Assembly: GCA_040756235.1 (NCBI GenBank)
Contig: JBFLZG010000002.1
Span: forward strand, 64,001-128,000
Source of the DNA: a bacterium
GTDB lineage: Bacteria > Desulfobacterota > DSWW01
Direction: 5' to 3'
DNA length: 64,000 bases
Position numbers and translations under genes: made by a program. The notes beneath the pieces are model-generated. The model was not told where the DNA came from, ran no database searches, and saw only the letters and a program-made list of their open reading frames with translations. This document shows, piece by piece, positions 26,838-35,888 of the stretch (positions within the stretch are counted from its first letter, which is position 1; the number at the start of each line of letters is the position of its first letter).

Positions 26838-27845
26838 ATGGAACCGGCCAGTCTGTTGAGAGAGGCCCGCGAGACCTCGTGGCGCGTGTTCGGGCGGAAG
26901 ATTCTCTTCTTCTTGCCGGGCATGTTCCGGATCGACGGCGTCAGCGGCGGCACCCGGGCCCTTTCCATCACGGGCGAACGCTGCGCCCTCCAATGCGATC
27001 ACTGCCGGGGCAGGCTCCTGGCCTCGATGAGGTCTGCCGCGACGCCGGAAGAGCTCGTTCGCGAGTGCCTGAGCCTTGCGGCAGACGGCGGGCGGAGCGT
27101 GCTGATCAGCGGCGGCTGCGATGGCGCCGGCAGGCTCCCGTGGGGGCGGTTCGCGTCCGCGATCCGCAAGGTGAAGGAGGAAACCGGCTTGTTTGTTGCG
27201 GTCCACAGCGGGCTCGTGGACGAGCCGACCGCGCGCGCGCTGAAGGCGACCGGCGCGGACCAGGCCCTGATCGACGTGGTGGGGGACGACCGGACCCTGC
27301 GCGACGTCTGCCATCTGGAGGGCGGCGTCCAGGCGATCGCTTGCTCGCTTGGCGCGCTGCGCAAGGCGGGCCTCGATCTGGTCCCTCACGTCGTGTGCGG
27401 CCTTCACTTCGGGACCTTTCGCGGCGAGGAGCGAGCCCTGGAGATGATCGAAGCATCGAGGCCTTCTCAAGTCGTCTTCTGCGGCCTCATGGGGCTTCCG
27501 GGAACGCCGGCCGAGGGTTGGCCGCCGCCGCCTGCCGAGAGGGTTGCCGAGCTCATCGCCAGAGCACGGCTCGCCCTTCCGGCCACCCCGCTGAGCCTGG
27601 GATGTGCGCGCCAGAGAGGCAACAGGCGGATGGAGTTGCTGGCCATCGACGCGGGCGTGAACCGCATGGCGTTGCCTTCGGAAGAAGCCGTGGACCATGC
27701 CCGTGCATACGGTCTGGAGATCCGCTATCAGGGGACGTGCTGCTCCCTGCCGGAGAGGGCTTCGATAGATGAATTCCCTCTCCCCGTGCACGGGGGAGAG
27801 GGGCAGGGTGAGGGGGAGCAGGAGCCGATTCACCCCTCATCCTGA
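26838..27845 (+). CDS. lipS1: Radical SAM lipoyl synthase subunit LipS1-like
   Basis: CALQCDHC radical SAM motif, LISGG, plus the GCAR and CC motifs described for LipS1. Confidence 0.75.
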   Translation: MEPASLLREARETSWRVFGRKILFFLPGMFRIDGVSGGTRALSITGERCALQCDHCRGRLLASMRSAATPEELVRECLSLAADGGRSVLISGGCDGAGRLPWGRFASAIRKVKEETGLFVAVHSGLVDEPTARALKATGADQALIDVVGDDRTLRDVCHLEGGVQAIACSLGALRKAGLDLVPHVVCGLHFGTFRGEERALEMIEASRPSQVVFCGLMGLPGTPAEGWPPPPAERVAELIARARLALPATPLSLGCARQRGNRRMELLAIDAGVNRMALPSEEAVDHARAYGLEIRYQGTCCSLPERASIDEFPLPVHGGEGQGEGEQEPIHPSS

Positions 27846-27873
27846 CCTTCTCCCCTCGCCGAGGGGAGAAGGT
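27776..27873. repeat. Inverted pair of CCCTCTCCC...GGGAGAGGG REP-like palindromes
   Basis: ccctctccccgtgcacgggggagagggg-cagggtgagggg followed by cccctcatcctgacc-ttctcccctcgccgaggggagaagg. Confidence 0.7.
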
Positions 27874-27939
27874 GTTTCAAGGGCGAGGAACACGCGCGAG
27901 ATCTGATTACGAGTAGAGCGGAGATGAGGAAGGAGAGAG

Positions 27940-29016
27940 ATGAGCGTGGAACGTGCGGAGACTGCGGAGAGTCCCGAGCGGCAGAGCCCGGCTTACCTGA
28001 GGACGAGTCTGGCCGCCGCCCTGACGCTCGGCTTGAGCAGGGGTCTGTTTCATCGCGACGCGAGGCTCCACTGCATCAACCTGCTGCTGACCTACCCTGA
28101 GGGCTGCCGCGCACGGTGTGCCTACTGCGGGCTCTCGGGAAGACGTATCGGCCCGTACGGCAGCAAGAGCTTCATCCGGGTCCCCTGGCCGACCGTTCCG
28201 CTCGAAGACATCGTGGAGCGAATCGCGATCCGCCGGGACAGGATCCGGCGGATCTGCCTTTCCATGATCGCCCACGCCCGGGCGGTCGAGGACACGAAGG
28301 AGATCTGCTCCCGGCTGCGCGCATCGGTGGACATCCCGGTGAGCCTCCTGATCGCTCCGACCCTGGTGTCCGGCAAAGACCTCGAGCACTTCAGGGCCGC
28401 GGGGGCGGACAAGATCGGGGTCGCCATCGACCTGGCCACCCCCGAGCTGTTCGAGCGCCATCGCGGCAGCGGAGTCGGCGGGCCCCATCGGTGGGAGAAG
28501 TATTGGAGCTGCCTTTCCGAGGCGCTGGCCGTGTTCGGGCCCGGCCAGGCCGGCGCTCACCTCATGGTGGGCATGGGCGAGACCGATCGCGAGATGTGCA
28601 GGGCCATCCAGCGAGTCCGAGACATGGGCGGCAGGACCCACCTGTTCTCTTTTTATCCGGAAGCAGGTTCGCTCATGGAGGAGGTCCCGCCGCCGCCGCT
28701 CGGACGGTACCGCAGAGTGCAGATCGCTCGCTACCTGATTGACGGCGGGACGGCGCGAGAATCGGCCTTCCGCTACGACAGGACGGGCGGTGTGACGGCG
28801 TTCGGGGTTCCCGACGACATGCTGGATCGGATCGTGGGCTCCGGAGAGCCTTTCCGGACCAGCGGCTGCACGGGTGGGGACGGCGAGGTGGCCTGCAACC
28901 GTCCCTTTGCCAACTCGAGGCCGGGCGAGGAGATCCGCAACTATCCCTTTTCGCCCGAGCCGGAGGACCTCGAGTCGATCCGGCGGCAACTACAAGGCGG
29001 CGGAGGCACGCGTTAG
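27940..29016 (+). CDS. lipS2: Radical SAM lipoyl synthase subunit LipS2-like
   Basis: CRARCAYC radical SAM motif; C-terminal TSGC...CNRP resembling the LipS2 TxGCPxC(N/D)RP signature with an insertion. Confidence 0.75.
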   Translation: MSVERAETAESPERQSPAYLRTSLAAALTLGLSRGLFHRDARLHCINLLLTYPEGCRARCAYCGLSGRRIGPYGSKSFIRVPWPTVPLEDIVERIAIRRDRIRRICLSMIAHARAVEDTKEICSRLRASVDIPVSLLIAPTLVSGKDLEHFRAAGADKIGVAIDLATPELFERHRGSGVGGPHRWEKYWSCLSEALAVFGPGQAGAHLMVGMGETDREMCRAIQRVRDMGGRTHLFSFYPEAGSLMEEVPPPPLGRYRRVQIARYLIDGGTARESAFRYDRTGGVTAFGVPDDMLDRIVGSGEPFRTSGCTGGDGEVACNRPFANSRPGEEIRNYPFSPEPEDLESIRRQLQGGGGTR

Positions 29017-29017
29017 A

Positions 29018-30301
29018 ATGGAAGGAATGGAGAGAGCCCGGAAACGGACCCCGCTGTTCGATTGGCACAAGGCGGGAGGCGCCCACATGATGGAGTTCGG
29101 GGGCTTCGAGATGCCGCTCTGGTATCCCACAGGCGCCAAGAGGGAGCACCTTTCGGTGCTGACGCAGGCGGGGCTGTTCGACACGAGCCACATGTCGGTC
29201 CTGGAGGTCCGCGGCCCCGGGGGGGTCGACCTGCTGCAGCTGTGCTTTACCAGGGACCTGAACGCCTGCGTGCCTCCGCGCCGCGGCGCGCTCGTGAGCG
29301 GAAGGTCCGTGTACGGGGCCTTCCTGAACGAGAGGGGCGAGTGCCTGGATGACGCCATCGTGTTTCAGCTGGCCGAGGAGAGGTACCTGGTCGTGGTGAA
29401 CGCCGGGATGGGATCTGTGGTGGCCGCCCACCTCGAGGCGCACCGGGGCCGCATGGCTGCAGAAGTCTTCGATCTCTCCGAAAAGGTCGGCAAGGTGGAC
29501 CTGCAGGGCCCGGCGTCCGCCCGGATCCTGCGCGCGGTCCTGAGCGCGCCGGAATCGGCCCTGCCGGGCATGTCCTACTTCTCCTTCAAGGGCCATTTCG
29601 ACGTGGCATCTTCTCGGGAGAGCGAGATCAGGCTGACGGACGGAACCCCCATCCTGCTGTCACGGACAGGGTACACGGGTGAGTTCGGGTTCGAGATCTT
29701 CGTGCGCCCCGAGCGGCTCGTCGGCTTGTGGGAGAGTCTCCTTGCCGCCGGCCGCGACCTCGGCCTGGTGCCGTGCGGCCTGGCGGCCCGGGACTCCCTG
29801 CGGGTGGGCGCGGTCCTGCCCCTGTCGCACCAGGACATCGGCCCCTGGCCCTTCATCCGCAACCCCTGGGAGTTCGCTCTGCCCTTCCGTCCGGACCGGG
29901 CGGGATTCACCAAGGATTTCGTAGGCGCCGAGGCGCTGCTCGGCGCTGCCGATGCGGAGTATACCTTTCCTTTCGTAGGCTTCGACCCCAGGAAGGTGGC
30001 CGATCGGGGACAGGCCGTGGTGCTGGACGGATCCGGGAAGGAGATCGGCTCGGTCCTGAGCTGCGCCACGGACATGGGGATCGGCCGGCACGAAGGCCGC
30101 ATCTATAGCGTGGTCAGCCCGGGGCGTCCCCAAGGGTTCAGGCCGGCCGGTCTCTCGTGCGGGTTCCTGAAGGTGAAGCCCGGGCTCGAGACCGGAGATA
30201 CGGTGGCGCTCAAGGACGAGCGGCGGACGGTTCGAGTGGACGTGGTGGCGGATATCCGGCCGGACCGGACCGGCCGCCGGCCGATGAGAGACATGCTGTA
30301 G
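29018..30301 (+). CDS. gcvT: Aminomethyltransferase (glycine cleavage T protein)
   Basis: RTPLFDWH, FGGFEMPLWY, LFDTSHM, VVNAG, LQGP, SRTGYTGEFGFE, GLAARDSLR. Confidence 0.9.
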   Translation: MEGMERARKRTPLFDWHKAGGAHMMEFGGFEMPLWYPTGAKREHLSVLTQAGLFDTSHMSVLEVRGPGGVDLLQLCFTRDLNACVPPRRGALVSGRSVYGAFLNERGECLDDAIVFQLAEERYLVVVNAGMGSVVAAHLEAHRGRMAAEVFDLSEKVGKVDLQGPASARILRAVLSAPESALPGMSYFSFKGHFDVASSRESEIRLTDGTPILLSRTGYTGEFGFEIFVRPERLVGLWESLLAAGRDLGLVPCGLAARDSLRVGAVLPLSHQDIGPWPFIRNPWEFALPFRPDRAGFTKDFVGAEALLGAADAEYTFPFVGFDPRKVADRGQAVVLDGSGKEIGSVLSCATDMGIGRHEGRIYSVVSPGRPQGFRPAGLSCGFLKVKPGLETGDTVALKDERRTVRVDVVADIRPDRTGRRPMRDML

Positions 30302-30360
30302 GAACCCGAGAATCCGAACCGCGGCGGCATCGGTAACGAGCTCAACAACGAGGATCATGC

Positions 30361-31692
30361 ATGCGCTACTTTCCCCACACGCCCGAGGACGTCTCCGAGA
30401 TGCTGCAGGCGATCGGCGCATCCGGCCTCGAGGACCTCTTCAAGACCGTGCCGGAAACCTGCCGGCGGGGCAAGCCGCTCGACCTGCCCGAGCCCCTGAC
30501 CGAGTGGGAGCTGAGCGCCCTCGTCTCGGGGCTCGCGGACACGGTCGAGGGCTCTTCACGGAGGAAGGTCTACCTGGGCGCAGGCAGCTACGAGCACTAC
30601 ATCCCTCATGTGGTGCCGTATCTGCTCGGCCGTTCGGAGTTCGTCACCTCGTACACGCCCTACCAGCCCGAGATGAGCCAGGGGACGCTCCAGGCCATTT
30701 ACGAGTACCAGACCCTGGTCTGCCGTCTCCTGGGCATGGAAGTGGCCAATGCATCGATCTACGACGGTGCCTCCGCGCTGGCCGAGGCGGTGCTCATGGC
30801 CATCCGGGTCACCCGGCGCAAGCGGGTGGCCGTCTCCGGCGCGGTGCATCCTTCGTACCGGCAGGTCCTGCGGACGTACCTGGCGCCGGCCGGGTTCGAG
30901 CTGATCGAGCTCCCGCGGCTCCGGGACGGCAGGACCGACCTCGCCCCGGTCGAGGGGCTCGAAGACCTGGCGGCCGTGGCGCTCCAGTCGCCGAGCTTCT
31001 TCGGGTGCATCGAAGACCTTGCGGCCGCTGCCGAAGCGGCCCACCGCAGGAAGGCGCTTGCCATCGCCTGCTTCACCGAGCCGCTTGCCTACGGCCTGTT
31101 GCGGAACCCCGGAAGCCAGGGCGCGGACATCGCCTGCGGGGAGGGCCAGAGCCTCGGGGTCCCTCAGTCCTTCGGCGGGCCGGGGATCGGGATGTTCGCG
31201 ACCCGGACAGAATACATGCGGAACATCCCGGGCCGGCTCGTCGGCAAGGCCGCGGACGCCGAAGGCAGGAAGGGCTTTGTTCTGACCCTCGCCACCCGGG
31301 AGCAGCACATCCGCCGGGAAAAGGCGACATCCAACATCTGCACCAACAACAGCCTCTGCGCCTTGGCGGCCGCCATGTACATGGCCGCTCTCGGTGGAAC
31401 GGGCTTCCGGGAGCTGGCCCGTCTCAACCACGACAAGTCGGAGTACCTGAAGAAGAAGCTGGTTGCGGCCGGCTTCCGGCTTTCTTGCCCGAGCCCGACG
31501 TTCAACGAATTCGCCGTCGAGGCGCCCGTCGGATTCGAACGGACTTACGAGCGCCTGCTCGCGAACGGGATCGTTGCCGGCTTGCCCCTGCGGCGGTTCT
31601 ATCCGGATCTTGAACGCCACTACCTTTTCTGCGTCACAGAGACCAAGACGAGAGACGACCTGGACGAACTGGTCGAGGAGATGCGGGCATGA
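30361..31692 (+). CDS. gcvPA: Glycine dehydrogenase subunit 1 (canonical)
   Basis: MRYFPHT, YTPYQPEMSQG, NASIYDG, FGGP, TREQHIRREKATSNICTN. Confidence 0.95.
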   Translation: MRYFPHTPEDVSEMLQAIGASGLEDLFKTVPETCRRGKPLDLPEPLTEWELSALVSGLADTVEGSSRRKVYLGAGSYEHYIPHVVPYLLGRSEFVTSYTPYQPEMSQGTLQAIYEYQTLVCRLLGMEVANASIYDGASALAEAVLMAIRVTRRKRVAVSGAVHPSYRQVLRTYLAPAGFELIELPRLRDGRTDLAPVEGLEDLAAVALQSPSFFGCIEDLAAAAEAAHRRKALAIACFTEPLAYGLLRNPGSQGADIACGEGQSLGVPQSFGGPGIGMFATRTEYMRNIPGRLVGKAADAEGRKGFVLTLATREQHIRREKATSNICTNNSLCALAAAMYMAALGGTGFRELARLNHDKSEYLKKKLVAAGFRLSCPSPTFNEFAVEAPVGFERTYERLLANGIVAGLPLRRFYPDLERHYLFCVTETKTRDDLDELVEEMRA

Positions 31693-33146
31693 GCCAAAGG
31701 ATCGGCACGACCGGCCTCATCCTGAACGAGCCGCTGCTCTGGGCGAAGGGGAAGCGCGGGCGAGAAGGCTTCTCCCTGCCCCGCCGCGACGTCGAGGAGA
31801 GCGCGCTCGATGCGAGCCTCACGGGCGACGGACCGGACTTTCCCGACTTGAGCGAGCTGGACGTGGTGCGCCACTACACGCGGCTGTCCCAATGGAACTT
31901 CGGCGTGGACACGGGCATGTACCCGCTAGGCTCGTGCACGATGAAGTACAATCCCAAGCTTCACGAAAAACTCGCCTCTCTGCCCGGATTCGCCGGCGCG
32001 CACCCCCTCCTGCCGGCCGCCCTGGCGCAGGGCGCTCTGCGGCTCATGTACGAGCTGGAGCGCTACCTGGCCGAAATCACGGGCATGGATGCGGTCACGC
32101 TCCAGCCCGCGGCAGGCGCCCAGGGAGAGCTTACGGGGATGCTCCTCCTCCGGGCCTGGCACAGGAGCCGGGGCTCGCGCAGAACCAGGATTCTGGTGCC
32201 GGACACGGCTCACGGCACCAACCCGGCCAGCGCCGCTCTGTGCGGGTTCCGTCCCGTGGCGATCGAGTCGAACGAGCAGGGAATCCTGTCAGCCGAAGCG
32301 GTCGCGGACGTCATGGACGAGGAGACGGCCGGGCTGATGGTCACCAACCCCAACACGCTGGGGCTGTTCGAGGAGAACATCCGGCAGATCGCCGGGATCG
32401 TCCATTCGAAAGGCGGGCTGGTGTACGGGGATGGGGCCAACCTGAATGCCGTGCTGGGGCTGGTGGACATGGCCGCAGCCGGCATCGACGTGCTCCACCT
32501 GAACCTTCATAAGACCTTTTCCACGCCGCACGGCGGCGGCGGGCCGGGCGCCGGACCGGTATGCGTCCGCAAGCACCTCGCGCCCTTTCTCCCGGTGCCG
32601 CGGGTCGTGGAGGAGAGGGGCCGGTTCGCGCTTTCCGAGGATTTTCCCGACTCGATCGGAAGGCTGCAGGCTTTCCAGGGGAACTTCGGGATCCTGGTCC
32701 GAGCTTACGCTTACATCCGGAGCCTGGGGCCGGAGGGCTTGAGAAGGGTCAGCCAGCTTGCGGTCCTCAATGCATGCTATGTCAAGGAGAGGCTCAAGGG
32801 CACCCTGCACCTTCCCTACGACCGGCCTTGCATGCACGAGTGCGTCTTTTCGGACCGGCTGCAGCGGGATCACAGGATCACGACGCTGGACATGGTCAAG
32901 CGCCTGATGGACTACGGCTTTCATCCTCCGACGGTCTATTTCCCGCTGGTGGTCAGCGGCGCGATGATGATCGAGCCGACCGAAACCGAGTCCAAGGAGA
33001 CTTTGGACCTGTTCATCGAAGCCTTGAAGTCCATCGTGCAAGAAGCCGAGAACGACCCGGAGCTGCTGCGCACCGCGCCCCACGGCACCAAGGTGAGGAG
33101 GCTGGACGAGACAACGGCTGCCCGTCACCCGGTGCTGGCGGGTTGA
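31689..33146 (+). CDS. gcvPB: Glycine dehydrogenase subunit 2 (canonical)
   Basis: PLGSCTMKYNP, QPAAGAQGE, AHGTNPAS, DGANLNA, HLNLHKTFSTPHGGGGPG, EPTETES. Confidence 0.95.
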   Translation: MSQRIGTTGLILNEPLLWAKGKRGREGFSLPRRDVEESALDASLTGDGPDFPDLSELDVVRHYTRLSQWNFGVDTGMYPLGSCTMKYNPKLHEKLASLPGFAGAHPLLPAALAQGALRLMYELERYLAEITGMDAVTLQPAAGAQGELTGMLLLRAWHRSRGSRRTRILVPDTAHGTNPASAALCGFRPVAIESNEQGILSAEAVADVMDEETAGLMVTNPNTLGLFEENIRQIAGIVHSKGGLVYGDGANLNAVLGLVDMAAAGIDVLHLNLHKTFSTPHGGGGPGAGPVCVRKHLAPFLPVPRVVEERGRFALSEDFPDSIGRLQAFQGNFGILVRAYAYIRSLGPEGLRRVSQLAVLNACYVKERLKGTLHLPYDRPCMHECVFSDRLQRDHRITTLDMVKRLMDYGFHPPTVYFPLVVSGAMMIEPTETESKETLDLFIEALKSIVQEAENDPELLRTAPHGTKVRRLDETTAARHPVLAG

Positions 33147-33174
33147 TGCGCGGGCAAAAAAGAGGTCGAAGCAA

Positions 33175-34083
33175 GTGAAACCTGAAGACGGACGGAAGGA
33201 GCTGCTGCGGAAGCCGCCGTGGCTCAAGCGCACGGTTCCGGCCGGAGCGACCTACCAGGAGGTCCGCAGGCTCATCGAGGCCGGCGGCCTGCACACGGTG
33301 TGCCGGGAGGCCCACTGCCCGAACCTGGGCGAATGTTTCTCCCGCGGCACGGCGACCTTCCTCATCCTCGGTGACCGCTGCACGCGGAACTGCCGCTTCT
33401 GCGCGATCGCGCACGGCCCCTCCGGCCCTCCGCAGGCGGACGAGCCGGAGCGGGTCGCAGGGGCGGTCGAAGAGATGCAGCTCGACTATGTCGTCGTCAC
33501 CTCGGTCACTCGGGACGATCTTGCGGACGGTGGGGCGGGCATCTTTGCACGCACCGCGAGAGAGATCCGGAAAAGGCGGCCGGGGACACTCGTGGAGCTG
33601 CTGGTTCCGGATTTCCAGGGGAGCGCCGGAGCCCTCGAGACCGTCCTGGAGAGCGGGCCCGACGTACTGAACCACAACGTCGAGACCGTGCCCCGTCTCT
33701 ACGCTTCGGTGCGCCCGGCGGCGGTCTACCGGCGATCCCTCGAGCTGCTGGGACGGGCCAAGGAACGGGACCGGACGATCGTGACCAAGTCGGGCCTGAT
33801 GCTCGGCCTGGGGGAGACGGCCGAGGAGGTGCTCGTGACTTTCCGGGACCTCGTGGACGCAGGTTGCGAGATCCTCACGATCGGCCAATACCTGCAGCCG
33901 TCCGGGGAGCACCTGCCGGTCCGACGCTTCATCGAACCGGAGGAGTTCGAGCGTTTGTGCGCTGCGGCCCTGCGGATGGGCTTTGCGGCCGCGGCGGGCG
34001 GCCCTTTCGTGCGCAGCTCCTACCGCGCCAGGGAGCTCTACGAATCCGCAAGAAGCCGCTTGAGCGCGGCGGCCCGGGAGTGA
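33175..34083 (+). CDS. lipA: Lipoyl synthase
   Basis: KPPWL, CREAHCPNLGEC, CTRNCRFC, NHNVETV, KSGLMLGLGE, RSSY. Confidence 0.93.
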   Translation: MKPEDGRKELLRKPPWLKRTVPAGATYQEVRRLIEAGGLHTVCREAHCPNLGECFSRGTATFLILGDRCTRNCRFCAIAHGPSGPPQADEPERVAGAVEEMQLDYVVVTSVTRDDLADGGAGIFARTAREIRKRRPGTLVELLVPDFQGSAGALETVLESGPDVLNHNVETVPRLYASVRPAAVYRRSLELLGRAKERDRTIVTKSGLMLGLGETAEEVLVTFRDLVDAGCEILTIGQYLQPSGEHLPVRRFIEPEEFERLCAAALRMGFAAAAGGPFVRSSYRARELYESARSRLSAAARE

Positions 34084-34091
34084 CACAAACC

Positions 34092-34625
34092 ATGAGCATG
34101 AACACGAAGAAGAAATTCTGGATCCTGTTTTCGGTGGGAAGAGACCGGCCCGGCATCGTGGATGACATTTCGACGGTTCTCCATGAAGGAGGCGGCAACA
34201 TCGAGGACAGTCGGATGGCGGTCCTCGGTGGGTGCTTCTCGGTGATGACACTCTTCTCGTGCACGCCCGGACAGCTGGAGTCGATCCGGACCGGCCTTGA
34301 GAGACTGCACGACGTGGGGCTGCAGACGTCCCTCCATGAAGCCAGGGACCCGGCAGCGAACGCGAAGCAGCCGGGCCTTCCCCTCAGGTTCGAGATCACG
34401 GCCATGGACCATCCCGGCATCGTGCGAAAAGTCGTCCATCTGCTTCACAGCCAAGGTGTCAACATCGAGTCCCTGGACACGCAGGTCAGCAGGGCGCCGC
34501 TGTCCGGCGCACCCCTGTTCAGCCTGATCCTCGAGGCAACCGTCCCGGCGGAAAAGCCGATTGCCGGGGTGAAGGAGCAGCTCGAGGCGCTGGCCAGAGA
34601 CATGAACCTGGATCTCGTTTTCTGA
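34092..34625 (+). CDS. gcvR: GcvR-like tandem ACT domain protein
   Basis: GRDRPGIV...GGNIEDSRM and MDHPGIV...NIESL ACT repeats; last gene of the gcv cluster. Start may be GTG 34080. Confidence 0.8.
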   Translation: MSMNTKKKFWILFSVGRDRPGIVDDISTVLHEGGGNIEDSRMAVLGGCFSVMTLFSCTPGQLESIRTGLERLHDVGLQTSLHEARDPAANAKQPGLPLRFEITAMDHPGIVRKVVHLLHSQGVNIESLDTQVSRAPLSGAPLFSLILEATVPAEKPIAGVKEQLEALARDMNLDLVF

Positions 34626-34628
34626 ACG

Positions 34629-35726
34629 TTGGCTGCCGGGCGGGGTCCGAGCGTGCACGGATCGAGCGCATGGCGGGTTGCCCTGATGACGCTGGCTTGC
34701 GGCCTCGTGCCGGCGCTCAGCGGTTGCTCCGCAGGGTATCTGTTTCACCTGGGGATCGGCCAGGCGCGGATCCTCTGGGACCGGGAGCCGGTCCGCAAAG
34801 TGCTCGAGAACGGCTGCCTCGCTGCGCCGCAGAAGGCCAAGCTCGAGCTCGTCCTCGAGGCCAAGGAGTTCGGGGAGGGCCGGCTCGGCCTGACCCCTTC
34901 CAAGAACTACACCTATTACGTTCAGGTCAGAGCGCCGGCCGTTGCCTACAACCTGACGGCGTGCCCGGCTCTGGATCTCGAGCCCCACCAGTGGTGCTTC
35001 CCCATCGCCGGGTGCCTTCCGTACAAGGGCTATTTCGACCGGGACAGGGGCCTGGCAGAGATGAAAAGGATGCAGGAGGAGGGCTATGACACCTACTTGA
35101 GATCGGTAGCGGGCTACAGCACCCTGGGGTGGTTCGTCGATCCGGTGTTCTCCACCATGCTGCGACACGACGAGACGGAGCTCGTCGAGATCGTTCTCCA
35201 CGAGATGGTTCACCGGACGGTCTTCCTGAAAGATCAGGGCGCCTTCAACGAGGGGCTCGCTACCTTCCTGGGGGAGCGGGGCACGCGGGCGTTCTTCCTG
35301 GAACGGGGCGGCGAGGGGCGGAAAGGCCTGCAGCGCATCGAGGCCGGGGGGCAGGACCAGGAGCGCTTCCAAAGCGCCCTGCACGCCTTGGCGGAGCGGC
35401 TGCGCGAGCTCTACGGTTCGTCCCTCTCGGAGCCGGAGAAGCGCAGAGAAAAGGAGAGGATCTTCGAGGAGGCCCGGAGCTCCTTCCGCGGGCAGCTCTC
35501 AGAATTCCACAGGCCCGGGTACGCCAGGGTCCTCGAACGCACATGGAACAACGCTTTCGTAGCCTCTTTCCTCACTTACCACCAGGATCTCGGAATTTTC
35601 GAGGCCCTCCTCGAACGCCTCGGGGGAGACTTGAATGCTTTCATCGAGCGCATGAAGGCTCTTCAGCAGGATGAAGAAAAGGACCCCCATGGTCGCATTC
35701 GCAAGTGGATCGAGGGCCATGCCTGA
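34629..35726 (+). CDS. Putative zinc-dependent aminopeptidase (lipoprotein)
   Basis: Lipobox-like LSGC, WCFPIAGCLPYKGYF, YSTLGWF-DP, HEMVH (HExxH), FNEGLA. Start uncertain. Confidence 0.8.
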   Translation: MAAGRGPSVHGSSAWRVALMTLACGLVPALSGCSAGYLFHLGIGQARILWDREPVRKVLENGCLAAPQKAKLELVLEAKEFGEGRLGLTPSKNYTYYVQVRAPAVAYNLTACPALDLEPHQWCFPIAGCLPYKGYFDRDRGLAEMKRMQEEGYDTYLRSVAGYSTLGWFVDPVFSTMLRHDETELVEIVLHEMVHRTVFLKDQGAFNEGLATFLGERGTRAFFLERGGEGRKGLQRIEAGGQDQERFQSALHALAERLRELYGSSLSEPEKRREKERIFEEARSSFRGQLSEFHRPGYARVLERTWNNAFVASFLTYHQDLGIFEALLERLGGDLNAFIERMKALQQDEEKDPHGRIRKWIEGHA

Positions 35727-35740
35727 GGCCACGGTCCGAA

Positions 35741-35769
35741 TTGACTTCTCGTCCCTTTAAAAATATTGT
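35741..35769 (+). promoter_or_regulatory. Putative sigma70 promoter
   Basis: TTGACT-17 nt-TATTGT in an AT-rich gap upstream of the M28 peptidase and gap cluster. Confidence 0.5.
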
Positions 35770-35888
35770 CTAACTTTTACAGCATGGCTGCGGCGCGTCC
35801 GGTCCGGCAGAGACTGCCGCCGACTTTTCGGAAACGCACGAGCCGCAGATGTGAGTTCCCGAACGGAAAGAAGAAGGAGCCGAGGATC

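Noticed and set aside
25028..26971. 647-aa version of the hydroxypyruvate reductase ORF
   Set aside because: The extension is antisense to the Lrp gene and crosses the promoter region; a strong RBS supports GTG 26176.
26180..30360. Glycine riboswitch upstream of the gcv genes
   Set aside because: No recognisable aptamer motifs and little intergenic space; regulation is more plausibly via Lrp and GcvR.
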